A stretch of DNA of 64,000 nt. It comes from Lama glama. Taxonomy: Eukaryota. Position 1 is the first letter of the stretch. The number at the start of each line of letters is the position of its first letter. Positions 40,876 to 55,920 of this stretch are shown here, one piece after another. The notes beneath the pieces are model-generated. The model ran no database searches, was not told the DNA's origin, and worked only from the letters and a program-made list of their open reading frames with translations. A program made the translations under genes and the position numbers. The stretch spans positions 72,790,001 to 72,854,000 of the forward strand of contig CM052816.1 in NCBI GenBank assembly GCA_028534125.1, written 5' to 3'.

Positions 40876-43349
40876 GGACATATCTGCATTTTTAAGTGGC
40901 TAAATTATCATCCAGATCACTAATACTATCTAGACAACAGTAACATAAACATTTTCTTAGCTTGAAAGCTGTTAAGTTATTTATTTACTTTTTATTAATG
41001 TTTCTAGTCCTGGGCAGAAGGAAGATTTTTCTATTTAGGTATCTTTATGATGCTATAATTCTCAAATAATTCACACTTTAGAGATAAGAAGGCTGAGATC
41101 CAGAGAGATTAAATTATATTTCACATTCAAACATTTAACTAGCAAAGTGGCAAAGGAACAAAGCAGCATTCTTACTTTTCAACACACTATGCTTTAGAGG
41201 AATTCAGAGGTAACTAAAAGAGAATAATATTTTCAGGAGTACTTTGCAGATCAGCCTTTGCACTTACCTTCCAGACTCCAAAAACAGACCATAACAACCA
41301 AAGAAGATCACATTGTGAGCTACAATTACTCTTCTAAGATTGTAGCATTTATATAAAAAGCTTTTTTTGGTTGTATTTTTTGAAGGTAGTGATGCTTATG
41401 TCAAACATTTGATAAGCAGATTAATTACATTCTTCCTTGGTTGAGCCCTTCTGCTTGGTGAGCTAGTTGTAAGTGGGCATTTTACCCAATATAGATAACT
41501 TTACCTAAAACATTATTTTGCAAGTACAGTTTAGATGCTTTCAGCTTTATAAATAGTGAATTTACTAGAAAATCAATTTTCATGATTTTTATTGACAGTA
41601 AGATAGTATTCCACAGATTTCATATAGCTCTAAAGTTTTTCTTTGGCCAAATTTTATGTAACATATACATTCAGATGCCAATGAGGGTTATTAGTATCTT
41701 ATTACATTTGTCAATAAAATTTGTATACAAGCTTTTATCTGAAAGCAAATATATTTGGCACTGCAAGCAGCTTTACAAAACCCTAAGTACAGTGTAGAGT
41801 TAAAAAGGGAAACAGTGCATAATGTGGCTGTTAAGCATTTATCATTAGAATCTCCCAACAAACTTGTAGAGGTGTTACTTTTCATTCCTAATGACTGGAT
41901 AAACAGTGGTATAAATGGATTATAAAACTTATCTCAGGACACAGAACTGCATTAGAATATAAAGAAATAAGTTAATTCCATGGGTTGTGCAAGCAACTTT
42001 GTATGTTTCTCAGATGTCGTATAAACTTTTTTTTTCTGGATAAGTATGCAGAAATATGCCTTTGGTTAGTATTTGGTTTATATTTTAATACTAAAATGTT
42101 GCTAAAAGTATTAAGTATGTTTGACATTAGCTGGAAATAACCCATTATTTTAAATGAGTGAAAGTTAATAGTTTTTTTTTTTTCCCTCATGGAATTTGAA
42201 ACCTAGTTGTAGATTTTGAAATTATGTACTCATGTTTTAAAATGATAATGGTTTGTCATTTCAGGAAAATTAGTTCAAAAAGTTACAATACTTTAAAAGA
42301 AGACATTGTGGCATTAAACAGACAAAAGGTATTACCAGAATATTTGAGTGATAATGTTGGCCCTGATGTTTCCACAATGATAGAAGGGGCACCCTGAGAT
42401 TTACTGTTTCTGTAGAAACTTATCTGAAATTCACAGACTAGATTTCTGTGAGTTTTGAAAATGTCTTTGAGTTTTTCAGAAGAAAAAAATTAAATTATCT
42501 TCAAAGGTATCAGGTTTTATGGGGAGTTTACCTTATGAATAGGCTATGTTAGTTTTTGCATCTACCTGATCCCATACTTACTATTAAGATTCTTATATAA
42601 ATTAATTTTAAGAGATTGTAGAAGAAATCTAGCTTTGTTCCCTGGAAAAGAGCTTTGCAATATCATAACAACTCTCTTCTAAAAGAAAACACCGTGTGAT
42701 TCAGTATAGCTGAAGATAGCTGCTAATAATTACTGTGCTCACAGCACACTTATCTTGACTGTGCCATTTTCTCTAAAATGGAAATAACATTTAATATGTT
42801 TGAGTTTTACAAAGAGTAAGGAAATTAAGCTTAATTTGAACAAGCAACAGGATATCTTAATCTTTTAGTCCCAGAATGTTTCCTGTGTAGTAAGTAATGA
42901 AAATATTTACTTATGATCATCTGACACAAAATATAATATTAATGTATCTGTAGTATGGAAAAGGAGGTACAGGGCTTGCAAGGGCACACAGTGTACAAGG
43001 AATTCACAAATGTCTTAACAAATGGTAGAGCCATGAAATATTATGCTCTTTAGTTTTTCCTTTCTTGTGTAAGGTAAAAGATACATGACATAAAATTTAC
43101 CATTTTAACCATATATCACTGTAAACGTATTATAAACATATTTAACAATCTAGAATTCAGCAATCTAGAGCATTAAAGTCCTTATAACATCACCCCCAGT
43201 GTAACTTAAGTTCTTCCAGAGTGTCTTCTTAGCATGCCCTGGATATTTATACTATATACAGAATATAGTGAATTCACACACCTCAGCTTGTTTGAGTTCT
43301 TGCTTTTTCACTTAATAAATACATCTTATATATATTTCCATATTTGTTA

Positions 43350-44270
43350 TTTAAAATTTTTTATTTAATTGTCATAAGAACACTTAACATGAGATCTAAC
43401 TCTTTACAAATGTTTAAGTATACAAAATGTTATTGACTGTAGATACAACATTGTATAGCAGCTCTCTAGAGCTGATTCATCTTGCTTAACTGAAACTGTG
43501 TGTTATTGATTAGTAACTCCCCTTCTTCTCCTCCCTTCAACCCCTGGAAGCCACCTCTCTCTTCTCTGATTCCATGAATTCAATTATTTTAGATGCCTTA
43601 TAAAACTGGAATCAGGCAGTATTTGTCCTTCTGTGACTGGCTTATTTACCTTGGCATAATGTCCTAAAAGTTCATCCATGCTCTAGCATATTGCAGAATT
43701 TCCTTTTTTAAGGCTGAATAGTATTCCATTTTAAAAAAAAATCCGTCTATTGATTGATGAACATTCAGGTTGTTTCTACATCTTGACTATGGTAAATAGC
43801 ACTGCAGTAACATAGAAGTGCTAATATCTCTTCAAGATCTTGATTTCAGTTCTTTTGGATAAATAAATACCCAGTAGTGGGATTGCTGGATTGTAGGATA
43901 GTTCTATTTGGAAAATTCTGAAGAACTTCCATACTGTTTTCCATAAGGGCTGCGCCACTTTGAATTAACACCAACAGGATACATGAGTTCCAGTTTATCC
44001 ACGTTCTCACCAACATTGTTGTCTTTTTTTTTTTTTCAATAATAGCCATCCTGACAGGTTTGAGATGATATCTCACTGAGGTTTTGATTTGCATTTCCCT
44101 GATGATAAGTGACTTTGGGCATTTTCTTATATACCTCTTAGTCATTTATATTTTTTCTTTGGAAAATTGTCTATTCAAGCCCTCAGCCCATTTTTAATTG
44201 GGTTACAGGTTTATTTGGGGGAATATTATTGTTGTTGTTTTTTGCTATTGAATAGTTGGAATCCATTGTA
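43350..44270 (-). mobile_element. L1 (L1MA9-like) 3'UTR and ORF2 C-terminal remnant
   Basis: ORF 43846-44145 (-) KCPKSLIIREMQIKTSVRYHLKPVRMAII is a classic L1 ORF2 C-terminal motif. Flanked by older L1 pieces (~43060-43150, ~44290-44390). Confidence 0.92.
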
Positions 44271-46057
44271 AATCTACCTCACTCTTTTTTTTATTAATAT
44301 ATGCAACCATCACCACTATCCATTTCCAGAGCTTTGTAATCATCCCAAACATTAATTCTATTCCCATTAAACAATAACTCCTGTCCTTCCTATTTGTTCT
44401 TACTACAAACTTTTAGATACAGCTATACTTCTGCCTGCTGTCAAGTAGTAGCTGAATAGTTAGCAGATACCCAATCAAAATGAAACCTTAGATTCCTAAG
44501 ATTTGAGGTTCTACACAAGACCCTTGATATGCCTTCTAGGGAAATATTTGTTAGTCTAAGCTTTCTTCATAAATCTTATATAGATTTGTGGTAATTGTGA
44601 TTTTTTTATTGATATTCTTTCCTTGAGAAGGCAAAAAAAAAAATAGAGGGACTTTTTATAAGATATTCATGGCAACCGAGAAATACCTTGCTGCTTTGGA
44701 TTAATTATGAAGATAAAATATTGTTTATTTTTGTTATAGTATAATTGTAGACTTTATCCAGGCCATTCCCTTTCATTTCTAAATCAAAATCCAAGGCTAT
44801 TTTGATTAATTCATCTTTCACTATTGTCTCATAGCTTGTTTGAAATTATGAATGTGAAACAAAATGTCACTTTTATTTATTTTGGACAATTATTTGTTAG
44901 CAATTTGTTATCGCTTCTTATGTTAAAAAATGAATTCAGTTGAGATATGGGAGCCATAGTTAGGAAACATTTCTAAATTTAACTTAATTTTTAATAATCA
45001 AAATTATACATTAAATAAAATATTTTCAAGATTAACCAGAATTAGCTCCTATTTTATCTCAGCCATTTTATGCCATCACAATATTTTTTTTTTTTACTGT
45101 ATTGAAATTTCCTTTGAGACCAGAAAGAGTGATTTTAAATTCTGTTCAAGTCCTGGACCACCAAGTAAATATGTCATTGGTGCATAGTTAGCACTGAGCA
45201 TATTTCTTAAATAAAATGAATAAAATTAAACAGATGTCTAAATAATTTGCCTTTGGCCACTGATATTATGAATATAAAGTCTTTCTTCTGTCTTAAATTT
45301 AGTCAAGATTGATTTACCCCTTTTCAAATGAGACCCACTTAAAACTGAAGCCAAAACGTTATTGCCTATATTATTCTTATCCTTGAAATCTTTTCCTCTT
45401 ATTTCATAGGGATGAATTGTTATTTGTAACTTACAATCTAACGAAAAAATATGAAGGAAAGAGATACACATTTTACCAGTATAATAATGATTTTATTCTT
45501 GAAAAAAATAACTTTAAAGTATTAACCTAGAATCTATTAGAAGTTAGTAACTTCTAAATTGGCTCAATATATTTAACTTATATTTGGAAAAAATCCAAGT
45601 AATAAAACAAGAATATTTCTTTTATGTGGTTTCAAACACAAGAAAATGAAGGTCATTATAATGTTTCACTTTCAGAAAAAAAGTTACTTCTCTGATACAT
45701 AGTTCAGAGACTATATTCAGTGAATATTTTCCTATGTTGCAGATTAAGAGGAACATATTATAGAAAAGTGCAAGTGATTAAAAAAACAAATACTCATGAC
45801 CTACCCTTGTAACATTAATCAATGAATGGATGGATGGATGTATGGATGGAGACCAGTAACTTATAGAGCCCCACATGGAGAATCGAGTCCATGTCTGGTC
45901 TGGTCCAGCTTCATCTTCAAGCTCAGGAGGAAACACAAGCTGTGGCACCAAAAGGGAACGCTTTTCTGCTTCTAGGAACATTTTCTAAATGTCTCTTTAC
46001 GTGGTGCTGTTAAGGAAATTAGTTTTCTAGTGTATTAATTATTATAGTTAACAGGGT

Positions 46058-46412
46058 TGTCTTAGTCTGCGCTGTTACAACAAAAGACCATAATGGGATG
46101 GCGTATAAGCAGCAGAAATTTATTTCTCACTGTTCTGGAAGCTGGGATGTTCAAAATCAAGGCATAGGCAGATTCAGTGTTTTGTATTGTCTGTTTCTGG
46201 TTCATAGATGGTGCCTTCTCAGCTGTAATCTCACGTGGCAAAAGGGGCAGTGGAGCTTCCTTGGGCCACTAGTATAGGGGCATTAATTCCATTCATAAGG
46301 ACTCCATCCTCATACCTAATCACCTCCCAAAGCACCACCTTCTGATATTATCACCTTGGGGCTTAGGTTTAAACATGAATTTCGAGGGGACACAAGTATT
46401 CACACCACAGCA
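46058..46412 (-). mobile_element. MaLR solo LTR, MLT1A-like
   Basis: 'tgtcttagtc...aaatttatttctcactgttctggaagctggga...ggggacacaagtattcacaccacagca'; degenerate 5-bp TSD agggt/agagc. Confidence 0.88.
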
Positions 46413-46499
46413 AGAGCTTTCAAATTTAGACCCAAGAATCACCCTTTTTCATAGTACCAAGGAATAATAAACCTTGCTGCCTAGTACGGTGACCTTGGA

Positions 46500-46672
46500 G
46501 ATAATGAAAAGGCACTACGTTAAGAATTCAGAGACCTGGTTTTATTCCTGATATTTACTAACTAGATGTGAAATTTGTATAAATGAATTTGCCATTCTGG
46601 GCTTCTTTTCTTAATCTGTGAAATGAGAGACTTGAAAACAATGATCTCTGTGATGCCCTCCAGCTCTGAATG
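46500..46672 (+). mobile_element. MIR/MIR3 fragment
   Basis: 'agagacctggtttta...aatctgtgaaatgagagacttg...ccctccagctctga'. Confidence 0.65.
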
Positions 46673-49255
46673 TCTCTTTTTCTGCTAAATACGGTAATTT
46701 CCCTCAGATGATCCATAAACCACTGTAAGTTCCTGTTGGGTCACCCTTATAAACATAATTCATTAATGTGTAGTATTGGTTGGGGATACAGGGTGAGGAA
46801 ATCTTAAAATTATATGACTTTCTATTCTACGTATAGATTTTCAGGGTATATGCTAACAATTATTTACAATATTAGATACTATATTTTAATATAGCCTTCT
46901 TGGGAGATTTTCTTCCACTAGTTTTGGGTTTGTTGCTACAATCTAATTTGTTACAGCATTACACATTTATAGCAACACCCAATCATACAGCTACCTGACT
47001 TCCAACCTCTACCTGACTTCAAATGGGTCACTCCCAAAGCCAAAAATAATTAACTTAAAACACCCCTGAGTCTTAGGGAAATAGGTATGGACATGTAGGT
47101 ATAAGAAGTGTTTGCATTTCTTGTCTCCTCAAGTACTTAACATCTCTTTAGCTGGTTTTACAAAAAGCCATTGTTTTTCTAAGCAGTCAGACTGTAAGGC
47201 CATAAAGTTCAGGTTGCAGGTGATTATATGCAAAACAGACCCCTAACTATTTGGAGAATTACAGTTAAAAGATAGATCAGATCACAGAGAAAGGAGCTAG
47301 AAAAACACCAACAGCTATAGGCAAGGACGGCTTAGTGGTAAGCCGACAGAACTAAGTAATGTGGGAGCCTCTGAGATGAGAAATGAAGCAGAAGCCCTGG
47401 GAAAAAGCCAGGCAGTAACCACTGTACCATGTATAGTATAGGAAGTATTATTCATAATGATTACTGTGAATCATCAAGAGCGGTTTAAATTATGTTCAGT
47501 ATGCTCTGTTTACTCTGGCCACGAAGTAGAGGGTTGGAGAAAGATTTAAAACAAGAGAGTTTTAATGTTGTTTGTGCAGAGATCTCCAAACTCGAGATTT
47601 CTGGGGAGACAAAGAAATATGTCTTCATTACCTTTGCATTTATAATTTTAATGTTTATAATAATACTTTAATTTTGTGCCCTTTTATATTTGAACTTCCT
47701 TGGCCATATTTCAGTGTCTTTGTGCCAGTGCAGGGAATTGTTATTAATTAGGTTGGACACAAGGCATTATCTTCAGTCCATGGAAATACATTTCTTCCTT
47801 AAATTTTACAAGACCAAGTTCAGAAGCCATTTTTAAAATGAACACATTTGTTTTTAAAATATTAACCAATGAATAGTATTTTAACTAACCATGAACTGAA
47901 GAATGGAAATTAGGTTCAAGACAATCGAGAAAGTGTAAAACTATCTTAAAATTTTGAGAGTCTTTGAATGATCTCTTATATCTCTTAATTTATGTTACTG
48001 GTTTCGACCGTTTTCCTTGAGCTATAGTTGTTCATTTTTGCCTGAGCACTTTCCTTGACATGGAACTGACTTCACAAGGCACACATTTATTTTGAAATGT
48101 TTTTAATTTTTTGAACATCAAGCTGTCTGTTAATTTAGCATCTTTATCTCTCTAGCTTCTAGCCAGACCAGAGCACAGTAAGTCAAACCTTCTCTTTCAA
48201 ATACTTTCTTTTCCGGAATAGCATGCTTGCTTTTCTCAATGAGTCCTCATATACATGTTTTTTTCTCATTTTATAAACTTCTGGTTGTTTTCTTCTTATT
48301 TTAGACCAGTAGTTCTTAACCTGGGCTGAACATTTGAATCACCTGGAAACCTTTTAAAACTAATGATGTCAGGAAGTTACACCATATTTTCACTGCCTTT
48401 GTTAACATCTTGGAACACATAATCCACAGAAAATATGGGCACACGTTCTGTGTGTGAAGAACATGAGTCAGAGTTTCAATTCCTCAGTGCAATTATTGTA
48501 TGGCCTCCTGTGAGTCCCAGTATTTTCACAAGGATATAAACATAACCATGTCTGCCCTGCCTACCTCATGTGGTAACTGGGAAGAGTAAATGTTCTTTGT
48601 AAACTGTAAATTACCAAAGAAACGTTATGACTATTACTGTCATCACCCACTAAATTCTAAAAATGTAGATTGCTTTCTAATAATTCTTCTTGTCCACATG
48701 TCTGCTTATTCAGTATATTCCCTGACTCCTTTTCTTTTCTAGCCTTGATTTAGTCTTCCCCTTTTCATTAATTTTTTAAATAAAAATAAGACAACCATGG
48801 AACTCAACAAATACATGCATTTGTGGAATGTCAGTAAAAAGAGTGAAAAGGAGGATCTAAGTTATTAAATGGCCTGTTTGACTTAGTCGTCACTCTACTG
48901 TCTTTTTATTTCTTTTATAATTATATACACATGGAACAGTATTTCTCGTTAGCATTTTTATGTGTTTTGTGTTTAGCTAAGAGTGCCATTCTGCAATTGA
49001 AAGAAAATGTTTCTAGTGTTTGCTCTGTCACAGTTTTCTGTGGCCTAACAGAGTTGTAGAGAAAGTACTTGGAAAAGAATAATGAGGCATGTAAATGTAA
49101 TGAATGGTAAACATTAGTCTCCTTTAGGAAAAAATTTATGATGATAAAAGCTCTCAAATACCAAGCAAAATCTTTATCGGTTTTAATATTTAAACATTTA
49201 ACTTGTATTTTCATTTATTTATAACCTCCAGTAACCTCTTCTTTCCTTAAAAACT

Positions 49256-49909
49256 TGATGCTAAAGTACAGAAGAGATACAGGAAAAATGGATGTAGGGT
49301 GTGAGGAGGGCCGTGCCCCAGACTTCGGGTGAGACCCTGAGACATGCCCTGCCAAGTATGGGTCCTTGGCTTCGTGCAGGGAAGAATTCAAGAGGGAGCC
49401 ACAGTTGAGTAAAGGTAGATTCATTTAGAGATACATCAAAAAGCAAGAAAAAGGCCATGAGGTGTGGGGTTGGGTGCTCAGATTAGAGTAAAAGTAGGTA
49501 CACACTCCATAGACAGAGTGTGGGCCGTCTCCAAAGAGGGGGAGAGAGGGGGCGCCACTAGGCGCCGTGTTGCTGGGTTTTATGGGCTCAGTGGCTTCAT
49601 ATGCTAATAAGTGGAAGGATCAGTCTAACTAGCCTGGGGAAGAGGCTGGGATTCCCAGGAAGTTGGCCATTTCCCACACTTTGACCTTTTGTGGCTAGCC
49701 TTGGAACTTTCATGGCGCCTGTGGGCATGCTATTTATTCACCATGCTAATGTATTACAATGGGCATGTAATGAAGCTCAGGGTCTACTGGAAGTCAAATC
49801 TCCCACCATCTTGAGCCTTAAGGCCTACAGGGGTTGAATCTTTCACCATTCTGCTGTTAATTGCTGTATTATTCCTTGAATGGCTGTGCCCTGCCCCCTT
49901 CCTATCTCA
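49256..49909 (-). mobile_element. ERV1-class solo LTR (~650 bp), relatively young, antisense to HCN1
   Basis: GC-rich block with retained CpGs; 'gggtccttggcttcgtgcagggaagaattcaagag' and terminal 'cccttcctatctca' are typical of MER4/MER41-group LTRs read antisense. Confidence 0.8.
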
Positions 49910-51174
49910 AAACAATTTATATTTCAACAGTTTTTCCTAGTCTAAACTATAATATGATGTTGGAGATGTGCTCTGTGTTTTCTGAAGCACTGAAAATATC
50001 TGTGTTAGTATCGGTGAAAATTAAAATGCTGGAATATACTGTTTAAGTTGGGAAAACTGGGAGTCTGAATGAGTCATGTCTTATAGTTAACACTTTATTT
50101 TATAGTAGTTTGCTGATCCCAAGTTTATTTTCACTTTCAGGGGTTTTATTCCATTCTGCTTTTTTACAATTTGATAATATTAGGGAAATATATTTGTTAT
50201 TAAACAAATGTGTGAATAGTTCTGTTTTTCACACTGTAGTATTTTGATATACTCCATTAGCAGTGAAATAGAGCCACATGAATAGATTGTTACATTTTTA
50301 AAGGAAACATGGATGTCATACCATTTTTATTTTTCTCCAGTAAAAATTAGCTGAGTCTTTTTTAATTCCATCCAGTGAAAGTAAAATTTTAGTCAAACAC
50401 TGAATCCTCTCGCGTAGTGTATTGTGTTGCTGTTGTTGTTGCTAACTTGGAAACTTGATTTAGCAAAATACAGAGCTAAAATTAACCATTCTTGGAGGTG
50501 CTCCTGCATCAGCCTTAGCTCAGCTTGAGCAATGATTCAGTTTTGTTAAGCTCATGATCCAGAATGATCAATTAAGCCAATGATTTCCACACTTGTTTAC
50601 CAAGTACAATTAAAGTGCAGAGAAATGTAAACTGTACACCAGAATGTTTTGGAGTATAGACTAAAGCCACTGGTCTCAATATGAAAATTTATTTAGAAGT
50701 TTAAATTTTACAGTATATTCTACAATTTATCTCATTTTAAGGATTTAAATGTCTCACCACTGAGGAAGACTGATGAGTCAGGAATATATGATGTATTATT
50801 CCTTGTCTTCTCTGAAACTCTGGTACTCTCTTGTGCTCTCTCCTGTATTTCCAGGTTTAAGGTACCAATCAGATTGGAGTTCAGTGAGGAAGGGGAATGG
50901 TATTAGGAGAAGCAGGAGGAGTCTGGGTCACCTACGGACTCGTAGATCACTGAAAGATTTCAGCTTTCACTCTAAGACGAGAATCCTTGGAGGATTTTCA
51001 ACAGAGACATGACATGGTCAGACTTACATTTTAGAAGGACAATACTAGTATAGGTTTGAGAATAAATTTTAGTCAAATGTTAAAGCAGAGACCAATTCAA
51101 GACTATTGAAGTCATCCACATAAGAGATGGTGGTGAGTTGGAACAAGTTTGTAGGAGTAAAGATGAATAAGTGA

Positions 51175-51553
51175 ATATATTAAAAAAGCAGATCCAGGAA
51201 TATTACTCAGCAATTAAAAAAGAATATGTACTGATATGTGCAACAACATGAATGTACTGCAGAATATCATGCTAAGTGAAAAAATGACAAGATGTGAAAG
51301 AGTGCATATTGTATTATTTCACTTATGTAAAGTTATGGAAAAGGCAAAACAAGTAACGGAAAATAGATCAGTAGTTTCCTTGGACCAGGGGTGGAAGTGT
51401 AGGGTAACTACAACGGAGAATGAGGGAATTTGGGGGAGTGAAAGAAGTGTTCTAAAATTTGGATATGGCAATGATTGCTTGTAGAAATGTACACTTAAAG
51501 TGTTAATTTTATTATATGTAAATTTTACTTCAGTAAACTGTAAAGCAAAAAAA
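51175..51553 (+). mobile_element. L1 (L1MB/ME-type) 3' fragment inserted in L2
   Basis: 'ggaatattactcagcaattaaaaaagaat...gcaacaacatgaatg...atgctaagtgaaaaaa'. L2 sequence lies on both sides (~50850-51170, ~51560-51990). Confidence 0.8.
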
Positions 51554-54500
51554 AGGCATCAAATAAGATTTACCTATGAAAGTGGTGTATTAGAGAAAGA
51601 AATATGGTAAAACCAACTGCAATGTTTTTGGTCTCAGCTACTGGTAGGAAGTTATCATTATCTGAAGGGAGAGATGAGGTGTGATCTGGTAAAATGAGGT
51701 TTGGGGGAAGAATTTCAGTTTTGGATGTGTTAAATGGGATGTCCTTATTACACATCCAAGTGGAGATGCCAATTAGGCAACTGGACATATAAATCTGAAT
51801 GAAAGAAGTCTAGTCTGCAGACGTACATTGAGGACTTCACCTTTTATATGTATATAATTATATAATGTAACTTCTCCATCAGATTAACAGAGATATTTAA
51901 ATTGTTCCATGGTGAAACTGACAACTGATCAATACTTGGGTCTGAAATATGGATATATCTATAAAGCCAGGAAACTAGGAAAAGACAGCATTCTTTATCA
52001 ATGAATGTTGATATAGAGAGGGGCTCTAGAATAACTTACAAATTTTTCTATCAGTTGTCATTTCTATTTAAAATGTCTGTAACCCACTAGGCTGCCCAGC
52101 TAAATTATAGGAAAATGCCTGGCAAAACACCTGGTTAAAAAGATGCTCATTAGCAATGACTACTGATTGAATGTACCTCCTTAAGGCCATTCAGAATTGG
52201 GCTGAAAAAAAAAAAGGGTTAAACTAGCGTCATCATCTTGAAGCTTCAGATGATTTTGAGAAATTACAACTTAAGGCCATAAATACCAAATGAAGCAGAA
52301 TCTACTCCTATCAGAATAAGTTAACAAAAAATCTTATTGATGATTAGGAACAATGAAACCTCCTGGCCCCTTATGGTTGAGTAGAACAGAATTGGAAACT
52401 GCTTCACTTTCCGTCTCTGCTCACATGTCTTTGACGATGGCTATCCAGTGACCTACTGGTCCATTTCTTCGATCTGCTTCACTTTGTTTGGCTAATGCCA
52501 AGCCTGATAACACATGTTTTGACTCATCTTCATATTGTATCTGGTACCACTGGCATTGTGTTAGGTCCAATATTTTGTAAGCAGCTGCTTTCATCTTCTG
52601 CTAAGAAGTTTCTCTGGCAAGCATGTTTTACATTGTTCTGCTAAACTGTTCTAACTTTAATAAGGCATTTTTTGAATTTATGTTAATTAGGTTGGAAATC
52701 TTTGTCATCTCTCTCTACTTCAGAAAACATAATTTGGAACTTATGATGTTGGTTTGGTTCTGGAAAGCCAAATTTTATATTAACCAAAGAGTATTAGTTT
52801 TATAGGGTTAGAGTTGCTAAAGTTTGGATCCTTATCTTTTATAAATTCTATGATTGGTTTTCTGAAAGTATTTCCTTTCCCTTGGCATTATTACACATGA
52901 TGTTTATGGTGCTGGTTTGCTATCAAACTCAAAAGCACTGTCAATAAATATTAATAAGCCATTGCCAGTTCAAACTACTATTATTCAATTTGAATTACTT
53001 ATGTAAGCTTATATTCAGAAATTGATATTTCTCTGTGTTGATATATATATATATGCAAAAAACAAACATATACATGTATATTTGTGTATGTGTGTCTGTA
53101 TGTTTTCTTTTAATGTCAATCACAAATACTCACCTTTGATTAAAGGCTGAGCTTTGCTTAAACAAGACTTTCATTCTTTTTCTCATTCTGCAGTGCTATA
53201 CTTTGCACTTTTTTCTAATAACATCTCTTTACTCTCTGGTAGATATTTACCAAAGGTTATTGTAGTAATTATATAATGTAACTTCTCCATTGAATTAGCA
53301 GAGATATTTAAATTGTTCCATGGTGAAACTGACAACTAATTAATACTTGGGTCTGAAACATGGATTTTGATTGGTTGTATTTAATATATGTATGTGCTGC
53401 TTCATTGCTTCTTAGTATCACATCATGTCAGATTCAATGAGTAATAACAGATAATGGATAATAATATCCATTTCAACTGCATTTTATATTATGTACTTAA
53501 AGAATATTATTCTTTTAATTTGTACAGAAGGAATGATATCTTTGTTAGAATTGTTCACTTTTGAAAAACAAATTAATCCAAAAGGGTGTAAATGTTAAGC
53601 ATTGTAAGAGCTCCTTTCTTCATCAAATGTGTTGCTTCTCCATGGTAATTTGTTGATGAGTCACTAATTCATTGTCTTCTTTTAGTTATTCTCCAGATGA
53701 CATTTACTCTTAGTAATTGTTATGTATCTTCAGATATTCAGTTGCTTTAAATTTGGAAAGCTGTGGACAGTGAAATAGAAACAGTTGTCTTAAAAACAAC
53801 CTAGAGAGACTTTCAAAAGTAAATCAAGCTATTACTAATGCTAAGAAATATTTTGACCAGAAATAATGAAGAATATCAGTGATATTTACATAATGTCCTT
53901 AGCTTCAAACTATGAATTTTTTAATGCACTTAAATAGGGCTTATGTAAATAATTTATTACCCATCAGTAAAAGTTTAAAAGATTGGATGAGGGTGGTGGA
54001 AAGAGGATATTGGAAAAACATTATTAAAAGAGATGTTCAGCTCTTCATTGCAGAGTAAAATTATCTTCCCAATGGAAGCACAGCATAACTAAATTTGCAT
54101 CTTTTCATTGAAGAACCCGCCTATACACACACACAACATACTGTTAACAATCAGTGCACCTAATATTTTTTAAATTTATACAGTTTTTAATCATTTTACC
54201 CCAAATTATTAGTCTAAAAGCTGCAATCATGTAAGTTTCAACTTTGAGGTGAAATATTACCTCTAGATTTATGACCAATAGGTTTTATACTTTAGGAAAT
54301 ATTTTGTTCTTCACCATTTAATTTTTAACCTAATTATCTCCCCTCACAAAAGTAAATAAATAAATAAATACTAATTTTTAAAAATTAAATGATGAATCAT
54401 TTAAATTAAAAGTTAAAGAAGTATGTTATAGATCTTTGAGCTACTTTAAATAAACCATATTATCCTCAGGAAGAAACAAAAGACTGGGCATTTTGTCACA

Positions 54501-54699
54501 ATGAATAGGTGCCTGATTTTTCTCTACAATGAATCATTAAAATTTTTTAAAAAGTAGTAAAAGTAATTTGAATGTTTAACATATATTTGGCCTTTCCAAA
54601 GAAAAATGGAATTTTTGCTAGTACTTAAAAAAAGTACTTCAAATCAAAACTAAGCAATATAGTTTGCAAATATGAATATTCTAGAATATATATAACTAA

Positions 54700-54930
54700 T
54701 CAATTCAGCAAATATTGAACACCTACTATATATGAGTCACTGTTTAAGAGAATAGAGATACAATGGTAAGGAGACACCTCGAGATCTTTATGGCCTAGTA
54801 GACAATACCCCTGCCTTCAACGACGTTACGATCTAGCAGACAATTCAGACAATTTAATAAGCAGTTATAATAGTGGCGAAGAGCCAGGGTATGGGCTTGG
54901 TGTTAGGGGAGCACTAATGGCCCATCTAGT
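54700..54930 (+). mobile_element. L2 3' end
   Basis: 'caattcagcaaatattgaacacctactata...cctgccttcaa'. Confidence 0.65.
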
Positions 54931-55920
54931 CCAATCTGGATCCTTACTACTGTGATGTTCTGCTAGCCAACATGAGCATCTCCTAAGGCATTGTTAGAAA
55001 TGCCAAATCTCAGTTCCAGCCCTGACATACTGAATGTGAATTTCTAGTTCACAAGATCCCCATGTCATTTGAGTATATTAAAGTTTGTGCCAGATATTAG
55101 GGAAAAATATTCAGAGAAACAAACAAAAAGAAAAACAGAGGATACTCACAAAACAGCTTTTTTGTTGCCTCTAGAGCTTATTAAACCACGAGAGTTTTTT
55201 GCAGCCTTCATTTCCTGACATTAGTAAAGGTTTGATACAGAGATAGATGTTATCATTATGGTGACACCCTTCTTTAAAACTATATATTTATTGTGATTTT
55301 CAAAGTAACATGACTATAATTCTTATTTCTAAAAACATACTTTTCACTTTCTTGTTTTTGGTATAGTTTTTTTTTTTAATTAAAGAATAAAACACCTTTG
55401 TGTTGACAGTAAATAGAAGGCAATGAATAACAACAAAAAATGAATTACACGGTTAGGATAAACCACTGCATATTTAGGCATGCAATTAAAGCATTGTATT
55501 ATAGGTAATTATTAGAAAATTGTTAAATAGCAATTAGTTTAAAAATCTAGTTGAATTAAAATACACTTCATGCTTAGTATAAATACAACATATAAAATGA
55601 TGCCTGAAATGACATGTTTCTTACAGAATGAAAAATTAATGTAGGTTTTGTGTATTCAAATGATTGCATGTGGTCAATTTTAAATGCAATGAAAAAATAA
55701 TAATTAATAAAAATAAAACATTTAAAATTTCTCTTCAGAGACCAATAATCAATCAATTACTTTTTTCTTTGTTTTTATGTTTAAGCCAATCATCATTGGA
55801 TTTATGACTAAGCTATCTTATTTTTTACAAATATATTTTTAGTTTTGCCATTTGTATACATTGTAACTGAAGCCATGGTTTCTATTTTGATCCTACATTT
55901 AAAAATAAACAAATATCTTT

